Assembly: GCA_041661305.1 (NCBI GenBank)
Contig: JBAZUR010000001.1
Location: 33,591 to 97,590, forward strand
From: Minisyncoccota bacterium
GTDB taxonomy: Bacteria; Patescibacteriota; Minisyncoccia; Phycocordibacterales; VMEP01
Length of the DNA: 64,000 nucleotides
Direction of reading: 5' to 3'
Part shown: piece by piece, positions 47,456 to 55,459 of the stretch
How the letters are laid out: each line of letters opens with the position of its first letter
How positions within the stretch are numbered: the stretch's first letter is position 1
Program-made: the position numbers and the translations under genes
Notes under the pieces: generated by a model
Seen by the model: only the letters and a program-made list of their open reading frames with translations
The model's database searches: none
What the model was told of the DNA's origin: nothing

Positions 47456-47857
47456 ATGAATTTTAATAAAAAATTTTTAGTAGCGAGAAAGGTTGGAATT
47501 TTTGTTTTAACAGCAATTATAATTTTGTCGCCAGTTGTTGTTTCTTCAGCGGGACTAGTTCCTTGTGGGGGAAACGGTGAGGCGCAGTGTGGCTACAAGG
47601 ACCTTATTATAATGGGGGGTAAAATTATTAATTTTCTAATTGAGACCTCAGTAGTTATTGCTTTACTTCTGTTCACTTACGCTGGTTTTCTCCTCGCCTT
47701 TAGTGGTGGGGATACTGGGGCAATGTCAAAAGCTAGAGCAATATTTTGGAATGTAGTGAAGGGTTTAGTTATCGCTCTTGCGGCTTGGTTAATTATAGAC
47801 ACGATTTTGAGCGTGTTGCTTAAAGGGGATGGTTTTAGGCAATATGTTCCACTTTAG
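47456..47857 (+). CDS. Pilin-like small membrane protein (TrbC/VirB2-like), paralog 1 of 5
   Basis: Signal/TM, then two hydrophobic helices separated by the charged loop GGDTGAMSKARA. Confidence 0.45.
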   Translation: MNFNKKFLVARKVGIFVLTAIIILSPVVVSSAGLVPCGGNGEAQCGYKDLIIMGGKIINFLIETSVVIALLLFTYAGFLLAFSGGDTGAMSKARAIFWNVVKGLVIALAAWLIIDTILSVLLKGDGFRQYVPL

Positions 47858-47917
47858 ATTTTTGCTGTATAATTATTTTATAATTATTTTATAATTAATT
47901 TACTAAAGAAAGTTTCA

Positions 47918-48316
47918 ATGAAAAAAAATAAAGTAAAAAGAATTTCTGCTTTGGTCGCGACAAATCTAACTATCTTTTTATTTTTATTACTTCCATTTTT
48001 CACAATTGTTTCGGCGCAACAGATTCCACTACAGGGAACTACTCCAAAACTTCAAAACCCACTCGGGAGTAGCAATAATAGCCTTACTGCTTTTGCCAAC
48101 TCTATCGTAGACGCAGTGGTGACGGTCGGTCTCCCGATTGCCGCCTTGATGATTGTCTACTCCGGTTTTCTTTTTGTTAAAGCTCGCGGAAACCCCTCTG
48201 AGCTTGAAGTTGCAAAAAGAGCGTTTTTTTACGCGCTTGTAGGTATCGCTATAATTTTGGGGGCAAAAGTTTTGTCGGAAGTCATAAAAGGGACGATTGA
48301 TGTTTTAAGGAGCTAA
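47918..48316 (+). CDS. Pilin-like small membrane protein, paralog 2
   Basis: Same architecture. Loop ARGNPSELEVAKRA. Confidence 0.45.
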   Translation: MKKNKVKRISALVATNLTIFLFLLLPFFTIVSAQQIPLQGTTPKLQNPLGSSNNSLTAFANSIVDAVVTVGLPIAALMIVYSGFLFVKARGNPSELEVAKRAFFYALVGIAIILGAKVLSEVIKGTIDVLRS

Positions 48317-48329
48317 TTAATAAATAATT

Positions 48330-48719
48330 ATGAAAAAAATGAAAAAAGGAAAGTTTGCGGTTTTAGGATTAGCTAGTTTAATGGTGTTCCCAGTGGTTGC
48401 GCATGGCATCTCAGATTTCGCGGGTCTTGTAAATTTTATTACTGACACAATAATCATGTCGCTTATTAAACTGATTGGTGCACTTGCGACACTATTTTTC
48501 TTGTGGGGTGTAATGAAATTCATAAAGGATGCAGATAATCCAGCAAAGAGAGCCGAAGGACAACAATTCATTCTTTATGGTCTTATAGGACTTTTTGTTA
48601 TGGTCTCTTTTTACGGAATTGTTCGAATTCTTGAGAATACATTTCAACTACCAACAAACAACACTTCTGTAGGAAGTTCCTATCCAGCAGGTAAAACTGG
48701 GTCAAGCTACTCGCTATAG
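48330..48719 (+). CDS. Pilin-like small membrane protein, paralog 3
   Basis: Same architecture. Loop KDADNPAKRAEGQQ. Confidence 0.45.
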   Translation: MKKMKKGKFAVLGLASLMVFPVVAHGISDFAGLVNFITDTIIMSLIKLIGALATLFFLWGVMKFIKDADNPAKRAEGQQFILYGLIGLFVMVSFYGIVRILENTFQLPTNNTSVGSSYPAGKTGSSYSL

Positions 48720-48884
48720 TCGTTGAGTGTTTTAGGACTAAGGAAACTTTTGTTGATAGCGTTTAATCCCTCCTAAAAAACAACATTATCCCCAGACTTG
48801 TCGAAAAACCCTTTGTCTTGTGTTAAAATACATTGAGCTTAATAAAGTCGTTTAGTTTAGCATTAATTTAAAAATATATTACGT

Positions 48885-49319
48885 ATGAAAAAAGTAGTCA
48901 CAGCCATAGCAGCCGCAGGTTTGCCTGTAATCGCTCTCGCTCAAACAGTTGATGCGATTTTTGTGAAAATCATGACCCTCATCAATTATCTAACGATCAT
49001 TGTTGTGGCATTGTCTGTTTTGGCATTTTTCTGGGGTTTGTTTAAGTTCATTACTAACGCAGGGGAAGAGAAAGATGAAGGACGTCACATAATGATCTGG
49101 GGTATCCTCGCTCTCTTTGTGATGCTTTCAGTTTGGGGTCTTGTTGGCGTTGTTGGTAATACTTTCGGTATTCAACAAGGAGGTGCAGTGAATATTCCTG
49201 GAATTTCTGGCACATATGGTGGAATTAACACGGGTGGAGTCAATACTGGAGGAGTTAACACTGGCGGTGTTTCAGGTGGAATTAATGTTTCAGGTGGAAT
49301 TAATATTCCAATTCGTTAA
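48885..49319 (+). CDS. Pilin-like small membrane protein, paralog 4, with Gly-rich repetitive C-terminal tail
   Basis: Loop NAGEEKDEGRH. C-terminal tail GGINTGGVNTGGVNTGGVSGGINVSGGINIP. Confidence 0.45.
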   Translation: MKKVVTAIAAAGLPVIALAQTVDAIFVKIMTLINYLTIIVVALSVLAFFWGLFKFITNAGEEKDEGRHIMIWGILALFVMLSVWGLVGVVGNTFGIQQGGAVNIPGISGTYGGINTGGVNTGGVNTGGVSGGINVSGGINIPIR

Positions 49320-49373
49320 TAAATCTTAAGATATAAAACGCGCCACTTTTAGGCGCGTTTTTGTCACTCTAAT

Positions 49374-49652
49374 ATGATTGCTGAAGCTGCAACACAATTA
49401 CAAAACGGAGCAGATAGCCTTGTTCAAAAACTAGTGGTTAATATCATTAACCCAATTACTGGGCTTCTTGGTGCTCTTGCAATAGCTTTTTTCCTTTTTG
49501 GTGTTCTTCAATTCATAATCAATTCTGATAACGAAGATGGTATAGAACGAGCTAAGAAATATATGATGTGGGGATTAATCGGTTTGTTTATCATGGTGAG
49601 CGCCTGGGGCGTTATAGGCCTAATTCAGGGTACTATTAGTTCTGCTAGATAA
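49374..49652 (+). CDS. Pilin-like small membrane protein, paralog 5
   Basis: Loop SDNEDGIERAKKY. Shared WG(L/V)IGLF(I/V)MVS..G motif with paralogs 3 and 4. Confidence 0.45.
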   Translation: MIAEAATQLQNGADSLVQKLVVNIINPITGLLGALAIAFFLFGVLQFIINSDNEDGIERAKKYMMWGLIGLFIMVSAWGVIGLIQGTISSAR

Positions 49653-49679
49653 AAGTTTTGTGCTCATAAAAACAACTCC

Positions 49680-49715
49680 GATTTTCATCGGAGTTGTTTT
49701 GTTTTGTATAAAAAG
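49680..49715 (+). terminator. Rho-independent terminator after the pilin array
   Basis: aacaactccgat-tttc-atcggagttgtt followed by TTGTTTTG. Confidence 0.65.
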
Positions 49716-49764
49716 AAAGGGCGGACGCATTGCTGCGTCCGCCCGTATTGCCACAAGAAACTCT

Positions 49765-50223
49765 TCAGCTCCTGAGGCGCATTTTCACCGGCTGCTTCTC
49801 GCCGTCGTCGAGGAGGAGACAGATTCTCGATCCCGCTTCAAAGCTACGCACAGGGGCCCGTTGATTTGGACCAATGCGCATCACCTCTCCGTCGGGATAG
49901 AAAACCTTTATGTTGCCACCCTTTCCGACAGCCGCCAGTATTGAATCACCGGCAGGAATCGTCACGCACGCTGGCGAGTTGGCGGTGACCAAGAAAAACA
50001 TCTCTGTTCCACCACCGGTCCGTCCCTGCGCTTTCCCCGCCACCGTAACACTCTCAGTTTCAGTTCGATACTTCTCGATGTAGCCGTTTGTGACGGAGTA
50101 GAAGGCGTAGAGGAATATCGGGATGGATACCCACCAGAACGCCTTCGGGATCAGAGATATTGGTTTTTGGCTTAACCCCACTATCTCCGGCTCTTTCATA
50201 CGACCAATGTGCTCTTCGCTCAT
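49765..50223 (-). CDS. NfeD-like membrane protein (short form; OB-fold C-terminus), partner of the SPFH protein
   Basis: N-terminal TM (AFWWVSIPIFLYAFY) and beta-rich C-terminus. 4-nt overlap with the upstream SPFH gene; GC-rich like it. Confidence 0.45.
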   Translation of the reverse strand: MSEEHIGRMKEPEIVGLSQKPISLIPKAFWWVSIPIFLYAFYSVTNGYIEKYRTETESVTVAGKAQGRTGGGTEMFFLVTANSPACVTIPAGDSILAAVGKGGNIKVFYPDGEVMRIGPNQRAPVRSFEAGSRICLLLDDGEKQPVKMRLRS

Positions 50224-51401
50224 GGCTTACCCTTTCCCTCAGGTTTCCCGGAGTTGGGAGTTTTGGCAAAAAGACCGGAAACGAAGTTTATTACTGCCTC
50301 CATTCCCTCACCCTTTATTTCCTGAACGTTGTGGTGGACGGTTTTGGTAACTGCTTTTCCAAGCACCATCGCCGCCTCCATCGCCTCTTTGTCGGAGATT
50401 GCTTCACCTCCGCCTGAGCTCTTCTTTTGAAGCACTTCCGCCGTTTCCTTCACCTTCTTGGCGATTTCCCTTGTTGCCAGAGCTTCCTGGAACTTCGGAT
50501 CGTAGTCGATGTCGGATATTGCGACGAGAATCAAGTCGATGCCGTACGCCTCTTCGTATGATGCTGGCGCCGTCGAACGACCTTCTTCTCTGAGAGCCTC
50601 TTTCTTTTCGTTGAGTTCCTTGATTTTGTCGAGGTACTCGTCGATGGCTTTGATTACCAGGCTCTCTCGCTTCTTCCAGATCTCCTTGTCAGAAACATTG
50701 GCAAGGGGGGCGACGCCGTTCGTATTACTTTCGGTCGGCTCTTGTAGCTCGAGTTGAATTTCGTACTCGTAGTGCCCTTTCACACAGTTTTCGATGCGCT
50801 TGATGTTCTTTCTGGCCGTCTCGGCGGTGAGGTTGGCAAAAATCTGCGCGAGAAAACTCGAGCCGATATCGTGCAAACCACCGTCAATCACAGTTTTGTC
50901 GACCGCGATGTACTTGCCGATGTTGCCACGCATCCCACGGTATTGGAATCCCCACACCACATGAAGCATTACGCCGTCGAGCGCTGGGTAAGTTTCACCC
51001 TTCTCGAAATCCTTGGCGAATATCCTCAAGTTGATGTAGTTTCCCGGCTTGACCTGTTCCCAGGGAAACCGTAAATGGATTCCCGTTTGGTATTCCTTGA
51101 GCTCTCCGCCGAAGAGGTTGACCGTGATAAGCGATGTCACCTCCGGAACGGAAACAAGGAAGTAGGGAAGAGAACGACCCAGAAGCAAAAGCCAAATGGC
51201 CATTGCAAAGAGAGCGACCTCTTTCTGGAACATTCCCATGCCGAACGTTGCAAACGCGAAGGAAAGCAAAAACTTGGTGACCAAAAACAAGGCCACACAG
51301 AAAGAGAGAAGGAGAGCTATCTCCCACCCCTTGTCTGTTCGGAACATAGGAACCGGCTTTCCTGCTGGAGCAATGTTGGTGTTCATAACTTCTCCTTTCA
51401 A
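50220..51401 (-). CDS. SPFH/band-7 (stomatin/prohibitin-like) domain membrane protein
   Basis: N-terminal TMs, then VSVPEVTSLITVNLFGGELKEYQTGIHLRFPWEQVK...DGVMLHVVWGFQY SPFH core. Long C-terminal coiled coil. Confidence 0.7.
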   Translation of the reverse strand: MKGEVMNTNIAPAGKPVPMFRTDKGWEIALLLSFCVALFLVTKFLLSFAFATFGMGMFQKEVALFAMAIWLLLLGRSLPYFLVSVPEVTSLITVNLFGGELKEYQTGIHLRFPWEQVKPGNYINLRIFAKDFEKGETYPALDGVMLHVVWGFQYRGMRGNIGKYIAVDKTVIDGGLHDIGSSFLAQIFANLTAETARKNIKRIENCVKGHYEYEIQLELQEPTESNTNGVAPLANVSDKEIWKKRESLVIKAIDEYLDKIKELNEKKEALREEGRSTAPASYEEAYGIDLILVAISDIDYDPKFQEALATREIAKKVKETAEVLQKKSSGGGEAISDKEAMEAAMVLGKAVTKTVHHNVQEIKGEGMEAVINFVSGLFAKTPNSGKPEGKGKP

Positions 51402-51563
51402 TGTGCGGTATTTAGCTGAGCGAAAATGCCAAGCTATTACTGCTTCAAATTATACATAAAATGAGCCAAAAGTCAAGGTGGGGAGGGGTGTTAAAAAGGT
51501 CTCGATTACGAGTTATGGAATAAAGAAAGGAGACTCGGCTAAGAACATTTTTACTCGTCGGCA

Positions 51564-51749
51564 CTCGTAGAAACTGGAGGGGGAAACTCGGTCACGAATA
51601 ATTTTGAGGACAAAATTTTCGCGACCCCGGCTCGCTGTCGCAGAGCGACATGCTCCGTCTTTCGAGTCTCCACACAAGCCAAGCAGTTGGCTTGTTCCTC
51701 CAGCACATAATTAAAAAACACACCCTAAAGGGTGTGTTTTTTAATTATG
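51564..51749 (-). repeat. tRNA-associated miniature element downstream of tRNA-Leu(TAG)
   Basis: Copy ctggagggggaaactcg of the tRNA-Leu 3' segment fused to M motif ggtcacgaataattttgaggacaaaattttcgcgaccccggctcg (51579-51623). Box ccgtctttcgagtctcc. Hairpin caagccaagcagttggcttg. 48-bp perfect palindrome terminator (51706-51753). Confidence 0.65.
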
Positions 51750-51831
51750 TGCTGGAGGGGAGACTCGAACTCCCAAGCCTTGCGGCATTAGTTCCTAAGA
51801 CTAACGCGTATACCAATTCCGCCACTCCAGC
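51750..51831 (-). tRNA. tRNA-Leu (anticodon TAG)
   Basis: Reverse complement GCTGGAGTGGCGGAATTGGTATACGCGTTAGTCTTAGGAACTAAT...GGGAGTTCGAGTCTCCCCTCCAGCA (long variable arm). Confidence 0.8.
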
Positions 51832-51870
51832 AAGTTGTTTGTCGCCAATATAAAAATACTACACGTATCG

Positions 51871-52021
51871 CAAGAGTCGGTCACGAATAATTTTGAAGAC
51901 AAAATTTTCGCGACCCCGGCTCACCTCGTTTTGTAAGAACAAAACATGGTTCCGCCTTTCGACTCCTGCCCGCAAGTGAAGCAGTTCACTTGCTTGAGCG
52001 GATATCTCGCTGCGCTCAATG
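51871..52021 (-). repeat. tRNA-associated miniature element downstream of tRNA-Lys
   Basis: M motif 51879-51923 (loop gaagac), preceded by a partial tRNA-like copy caagagtcg. Box ccgcctttcgactcctgc is an inverted copy of the tRNA-Lys T-region. Hairpin caagtgaagcagttcacttg. Confidence 0.6.
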
Positions 52022-52094
52022 TCCGCCCAGCAGGAGTCGAACCTGCGACCATTTGCTTAAGAGGCAACTGCTCTACCAACTGAGCTATGGGCGG
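52022..52094 (-). tRNA. tRNA-Lys (anticodon CTT), unusual C1:G72 first pair
   Basis: Reverse complement CCGCCCATAGCTCAGTTGGTAGAGCAGTTGCCTCTTAAGCAAATGGTCGCAGGTTCGACTCCTGCTGGGCGGA. Confidence 0.7.
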
Positions 52095-52136
52095 ATATAT
52101 ATAATTTTATACTAACTTTGTTAGCATCTACCAACT

Positions 52137-52264
52137 GGTCACTCATAATTTCTTGCTAGAAATTTGCTCGACCCCGACTCGCCTCGTCAGGCTCCGTCTC
52201 TCAATTGCTTCACATGTCGCAATTGAGCCCCGCCCGTACTGAACGTACGTTCGGGCTGGTATGG
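52137..52264 (-). repeat. Degenerate tRNA-associated element (variant M') flanked by fragments of tRNA-Lys
   Basis: Variant motif ggtcactcataatttcttgctagaaatttgctcgaccccgactcg. Preceded by tctaccaactg (a copy of the tRNA-Lys D-region) and followed at 52250-52262 by ggtatgggcggat (a copy of the tRNA-Lys 5' end). No intact tRNA attached. Confidence 0.5.
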
Positions 52265-52367
52265 GCGGATATTTCTAACGAGTTGAATCATAGCAATTTA
52301 TTGCATATTTTTCAATGAAAATAGGGAAAAGGACTCGGGGTAGAAAAGGGACAGTATTTTTTTCTTG

Positions 52368-52474
52368 TGGTCACGTATAATTTCTTGCTAGAAATTTACG
52401 CGACCCCGCCTCGCGCCGTCGCGCTCCGGCCGGGACCAAATAAAAATACTCACTTAGGTGAGTATTTTTATTTG
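52368..52474 (-). repeat. tRNA-associated element (variant M') downstream of tRNA-Leu(TAA)
   Basis: ggtcacgtataatttcttgctagaaatttacgcgaccccgcctcg. Then a 40-bp perfect palindrome terminator ccaaataaaaatactcac-ttag-gtgagtatttttatttgg abutting the tRNA 3' end. Confidence 0.55.
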
Positions 52475-52557
52475 GTGCCCGGAGTGGGACTCGAACCCAC
52501 ACGACCTATTGGCCAACAGATTTTAAGTCTGTAGCGTCTACCATTCCGCCATCCGGG
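52475..52557 (-). tRNA. tRNA-Leu (anticodon TAA)
   Basis: Reverse complement GCCCGGATGGCGGAATGGTAGACGCTACAGACTTAAAATCTGT...GTGGGTTCGAGTCCCACTCCGGGCA. Confidence 0.8.
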
Positions 52558-52599
52558 CAAATTTAAAATATTTTATTCTACTTAAATAAACTAAGCAAA

Positions 52600-52772
52600 A
52601 ATTGCTTGAGGCCTAGGGCGGAATCGGTCACGAATAATTTTTACTACCTGCAAAAATTTTCTCGACCCCGGCTCGCGATTTTGTCTGCTGACAAAATATC
52701 GCTCCGCCTTTCGCTTCCGTCACATCCCGCAAGCAGTTGCGGGATTCTATGCCGTCGGAACTTCCTCTAGGA
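52600..52772 (-). repeat. tRNA-associated miniature element downstream of tRNA-Cys
   Basis: 21-nt exact direct copy ttgaggcctagggcggaatcg (52600-52620) of the tRNA-Cys 3' trailer, acceptor and T-loop (52780-52800). It is fused to M motif 52620-52669. Box ccgcctttcgcttcc. Hairpins catcccgcaagcagttgcgggat and acttcctctaggaagt. Confidence 0.7.
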
Positions 52773-52844
52773 AGTATCCTTGAGGCCTAGGGCGGAATCG
52801 AACCGCCGTATAAGAGTTTTGCAGACTCTCGCCTTACCACTTGG
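52773..52844 (-). tRNA. tRNA-Cys (anticodon GCA), U73 discriminator
   Basis: Reverse complement GGCCTAGTAGCCAAGTGGTAAGGCGAGAGTCTGCAAAACTCTTATACGGCGGTTCGATTCCGCCCTAGGCCT. Confidence 0.85.
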
Positions 52845-52904
52845 CTACTAGGCCTTAATTATCACATGGCCAATTAGCCAGTGTGTTATAGCACATAGGG
52901 CATT

Positions 52905-53234
52905 CTACAGATTTCGCGATAAATCGTCTATTCTTTGGCGTGCTTTCTCTCCAGCATCAATAGCAAAAAGAATTGAAGGGAGTCTAGAAATTCTTGAGTT
53001 TGATTTTATAAAATCATAAAATTCTCTTTTTTTACGGTTTGCAAAATCAATCACGGCGTTCTCTTGGTTTGTGTCTGGAAAAACAGTAACAAAAATAGTC
53101 ACTTTTTTCTTATCATTTGAAAGTTGGGCGTTGGTGACAGTAATTAGCGAGGTGCGATTAGACTCGCGCTCCAAAAACCTCGCGGCAAGCTCTTTTATGA
53201 CATCTAGCATTTTTTCTTCTCGTCCTTGAGGCAT
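52905..53234 (-). CDS. rbfA: Ribosome-binding factor A
   Basis: 109 aa RbfA-like (KH-like fold), immediately downstream of infB as in the conserved operon. Confidence 0.75.
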   Translation of the reverse strand: MPQGREEKMLDVIKELAARFLERESNRTSLITVTNAQLSNDKKKVTIFVTVFPDTNQENAVIDFANRKKREFYDFIKSNSRISRLPSILFAIDAGEKARQRIDDLSRNL

Positions 53235-53235
53235 A

Positions 53236-54786
53236 TTATTTTTGAACTATCATGAACGATTCTATCGTGTCTCCTGGAGCCACATCTATCTTTGACTCAA
53301 GAAGCATTCCAAACTCAATACCTTCTTCAACTTCTTTTGTTTTCAATTTTTGTTGTTGAAGTTCAACAATTTTTCCTCGACCAATCTCAATCTCTCGACG
53401 TTTGATTATTATGTTTGAACCAGAAATCAAAGTACCTGTTAATACACGCCCTCCAGCAACCTGCTTATTTTTTGTTGAACTAAATACTTTTAGAATTTTA
53501 GCAACACCCATTATTTCCTCGGACTCAATGCGTGGCTTGCGTTCCTTCAGCTCGTCGTTAACCCATTCAGTTAGTTTGTAGATGATATTAAAAATTTTGA
53601 CTGGAATATTATTTCGCATTGAGATTTCACCACCAGTGTTGTCGGTTTTTACGTTGAACCCAATAACTACTCCACCAGACGTTGAGCCGGCCATCTTAAC
53701 ATCAGACTCATTGATACTCCCAACGCCTTTTTGGATAACCTTCACTTCTATTAAATCTTGGCTTAGTAGGGTAAGTTCTCGTTCAATTGCCTCCAGTGTT
53801 CCGAGAGTGTCGCTTTTTAGAACTATTGGGAAAATAGCTTTTTTTACTTCAACCTCTTCTCCTTCTTGTGTTGGCGAGGATCGTTTACTTGCTCCGTTTG
53901 TTTGCTTTTGTGTGTTTTTATTCTCGACAAAAAGACGCACGGCTTCCTCCGCCTCTTTTTTAGTTTTGTATGAAGTAAAAGGAGCTCCGGGAGAAGGTAT
54001 TTTATTAAAACCAACAATACTTACGGGAGATGAGAAAGAAACAGAATCAGTTTGTTTTCCAAGAAAATCCAGAATTGAACGTACGGGGGAGATTGCTTCC
54101 TCTGAAACAACAAACATACCCTTGCTCAAAGTTCCATCTTTAACAATAAGGGTTGTTGTTATTCCACATTTTTGATCAAGGCGTGATTCAAGAACCATTC
54201 CGGAGGCCGGGATGGTAGGGTTCCCTTTAAGCTCGGCCATATCTGCGACAAGTAAAATTATGTCGAGAAGTTCTGGAATACCCTCACCGGTTTTTGCTGA
54301 GATTAGAACGTATGGAACATCACCGCCGTAACCTTCGATATAAACTTCATGTTCAACTAACTCATTTTTTGTCTTTTCTACATTAGCGCCTGGTTTGTCT
54401 ACTTTGTTGATGGCGACAATAAAAGGAATACCGCTTGCCTTGATTGTTTTAAGGGATTCTATTGTTTGTGCTTTGACACTATCTTCGGCTGAGACAATCA
54501 AAATAGCGATGTCTGCTGTTTCGACACCACGTTCACGCATACCAGCAAAAGCTTGATGCCCAGGAGTATCAAGAAAAGTTATTTTTTGTTCTCTGCCGTC
54601 TTCTCTTTTATGTGCAACTTCGTATGCGGAGATGTGTTGAGTGATTCCACCCGCTTCGCCTTCAACAATATTTGTTTTTCTTATGAAATCAAGAAGTGTC
54701 GACTTGCCGTGGTCAATATGCCCAGTTACAACAATAACAGGAGGTCTTGCGATAGATGTTTCATTTTTGTTTTGTTCTTTAGGCAT
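53236..54786 (-). CDS. infB: Translation initiation factor IF-2 (short form)
   Basis: VIVVTGHIDHGKSTLLD G1, DTPGHQAF and NKVDK motifs. Confidence 0.9.
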   Translation of the reverse strand: MPKEQNKNETSIARPPVIVVTGHIDHGKSTLLDFIRKTNIVEGEAGGITQHISAYEVAHKREDGREQKITFLDTPGHQAFAGMRERGVETADIAILIVSAEDSVKAQTIESLKTIKASGIPFIVAINKVDKPGANVEKTKNELVEHEVYIEGYGGDVPYVLISAKTGEGIPELLDIILLVADMAELKGNPTIPASGMVLESRLDQKCGITTTLIVKDGTLSKGMFVVSEEAISPVRSILDFLGKQTDSVSFSSPVSIVGFNKIPSPGAPFTSYKTKKEAEEAVRLFVENKNTQKQTNGASKRSSPTQEGEEVEVKKAIFPIVLKSDTLGTLEAIERELTLLSQDLIEVKVIQKGVGSINESDVKMAGSTSGGVVIGFNVKTDNTGGEISMRNNIPVKIFNIIYKLTEWVNDELKERKPRIESEEIMGVAKILKVFSSTKNKQVAGGRVLTGTLISGSNIIIKRREIEIGRGKIVELQQQKLKTKEVEEGIEFGMLLESKIDVAPGDTIESFMIVQK

Positions 54787-54798
54787 TTCATTTTGTCG

Positions 54799-55272
54799 CT
54801 AATTTTCTTTGGCATTAGCACGCGCTTTCTCCATTGCCGTTTTTTCTTCCTCCGTAAGTTCGTTTTCAGATTTTCCCCCGACGATTGGTTTTGCAAAAAC
54901 ACTAACACGGTCTCTAGAGTAGAGGCTTGAAAAAACTACACCATCATTATTTTCGTTTAGTAGAGCAACAGCAAAGCTTTGATTACCACTACCGCCAGCA
55001 TCTTTGAAAGGATTAAAGCGAACGACGCCAATACTTCTACCGCCGTGTTTTAAGCGTTTTTCTGCTTGTACTAAGTAATTCTCAACGTCCTTTTGTGAAT
55101 TACTTAGGTTTTTGATGTACTTTTCTATTTCGTGAATAGTCTCCTCTAGGTCACCACCAGATTTTCCCTTCATAAGTCGGCGTAAACGCCATTCAATGCG
55201 CGCGAGCCAAAGAATTAAAAACACAACGAGACCTATAAGTATTGGGAAGACGATATTTGGGTTGGTAAACAT
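54799..55272 (-). CDS. Hypothetical membrane-anchored protein
   Basis: 157 aa with N-terminal TM (IVFPILIGLVVFLILWLA) and a coiled/soluble C-terminus. Confidence 0.4.
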   Translation of the reverse strand: MFTNPNIVFPILIGLVVFLILWLARIEWRLRRLMKGKSGGDLEETIHEIEKYIKNLSNSQKDVENYLVQAEKRLKHGGRSIGVVRFNPFKDAGGSGNQSFAVALLNENNDGVVFSSLYSRDRVSVFAKPIVGGKSENELTEEEKTAMEKARANAKEN

Positions 55273-55459
55273 AAGGATAACACCCGTTTGGGGCGCTTTT
55301 TCTTCTTAGACTGCTAACGGTTTATGATTATACAATTATTTTGAATAATTACCAATTTTATTGTGCGCTTGCGCCCTTCCTGCGGGGCGCTCACTAATCC
55401 TCAAAAAATTGGTAATTACGGGAAAAGCAAAAATAAATAACCCGTGTTAATATCGAAAC

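Noticed and set aside
51564-52844. CRISPR array hypothesis for the repeated ~46-nt motifs
   Set aside because: The spacing is irregular (250-300 bp) and the repeats are not identical (variable loops). Each unit is tied to a tRNA gene. No cas genes are adjacent. The Cas4-like gene is 28 kb away on a mobile element.
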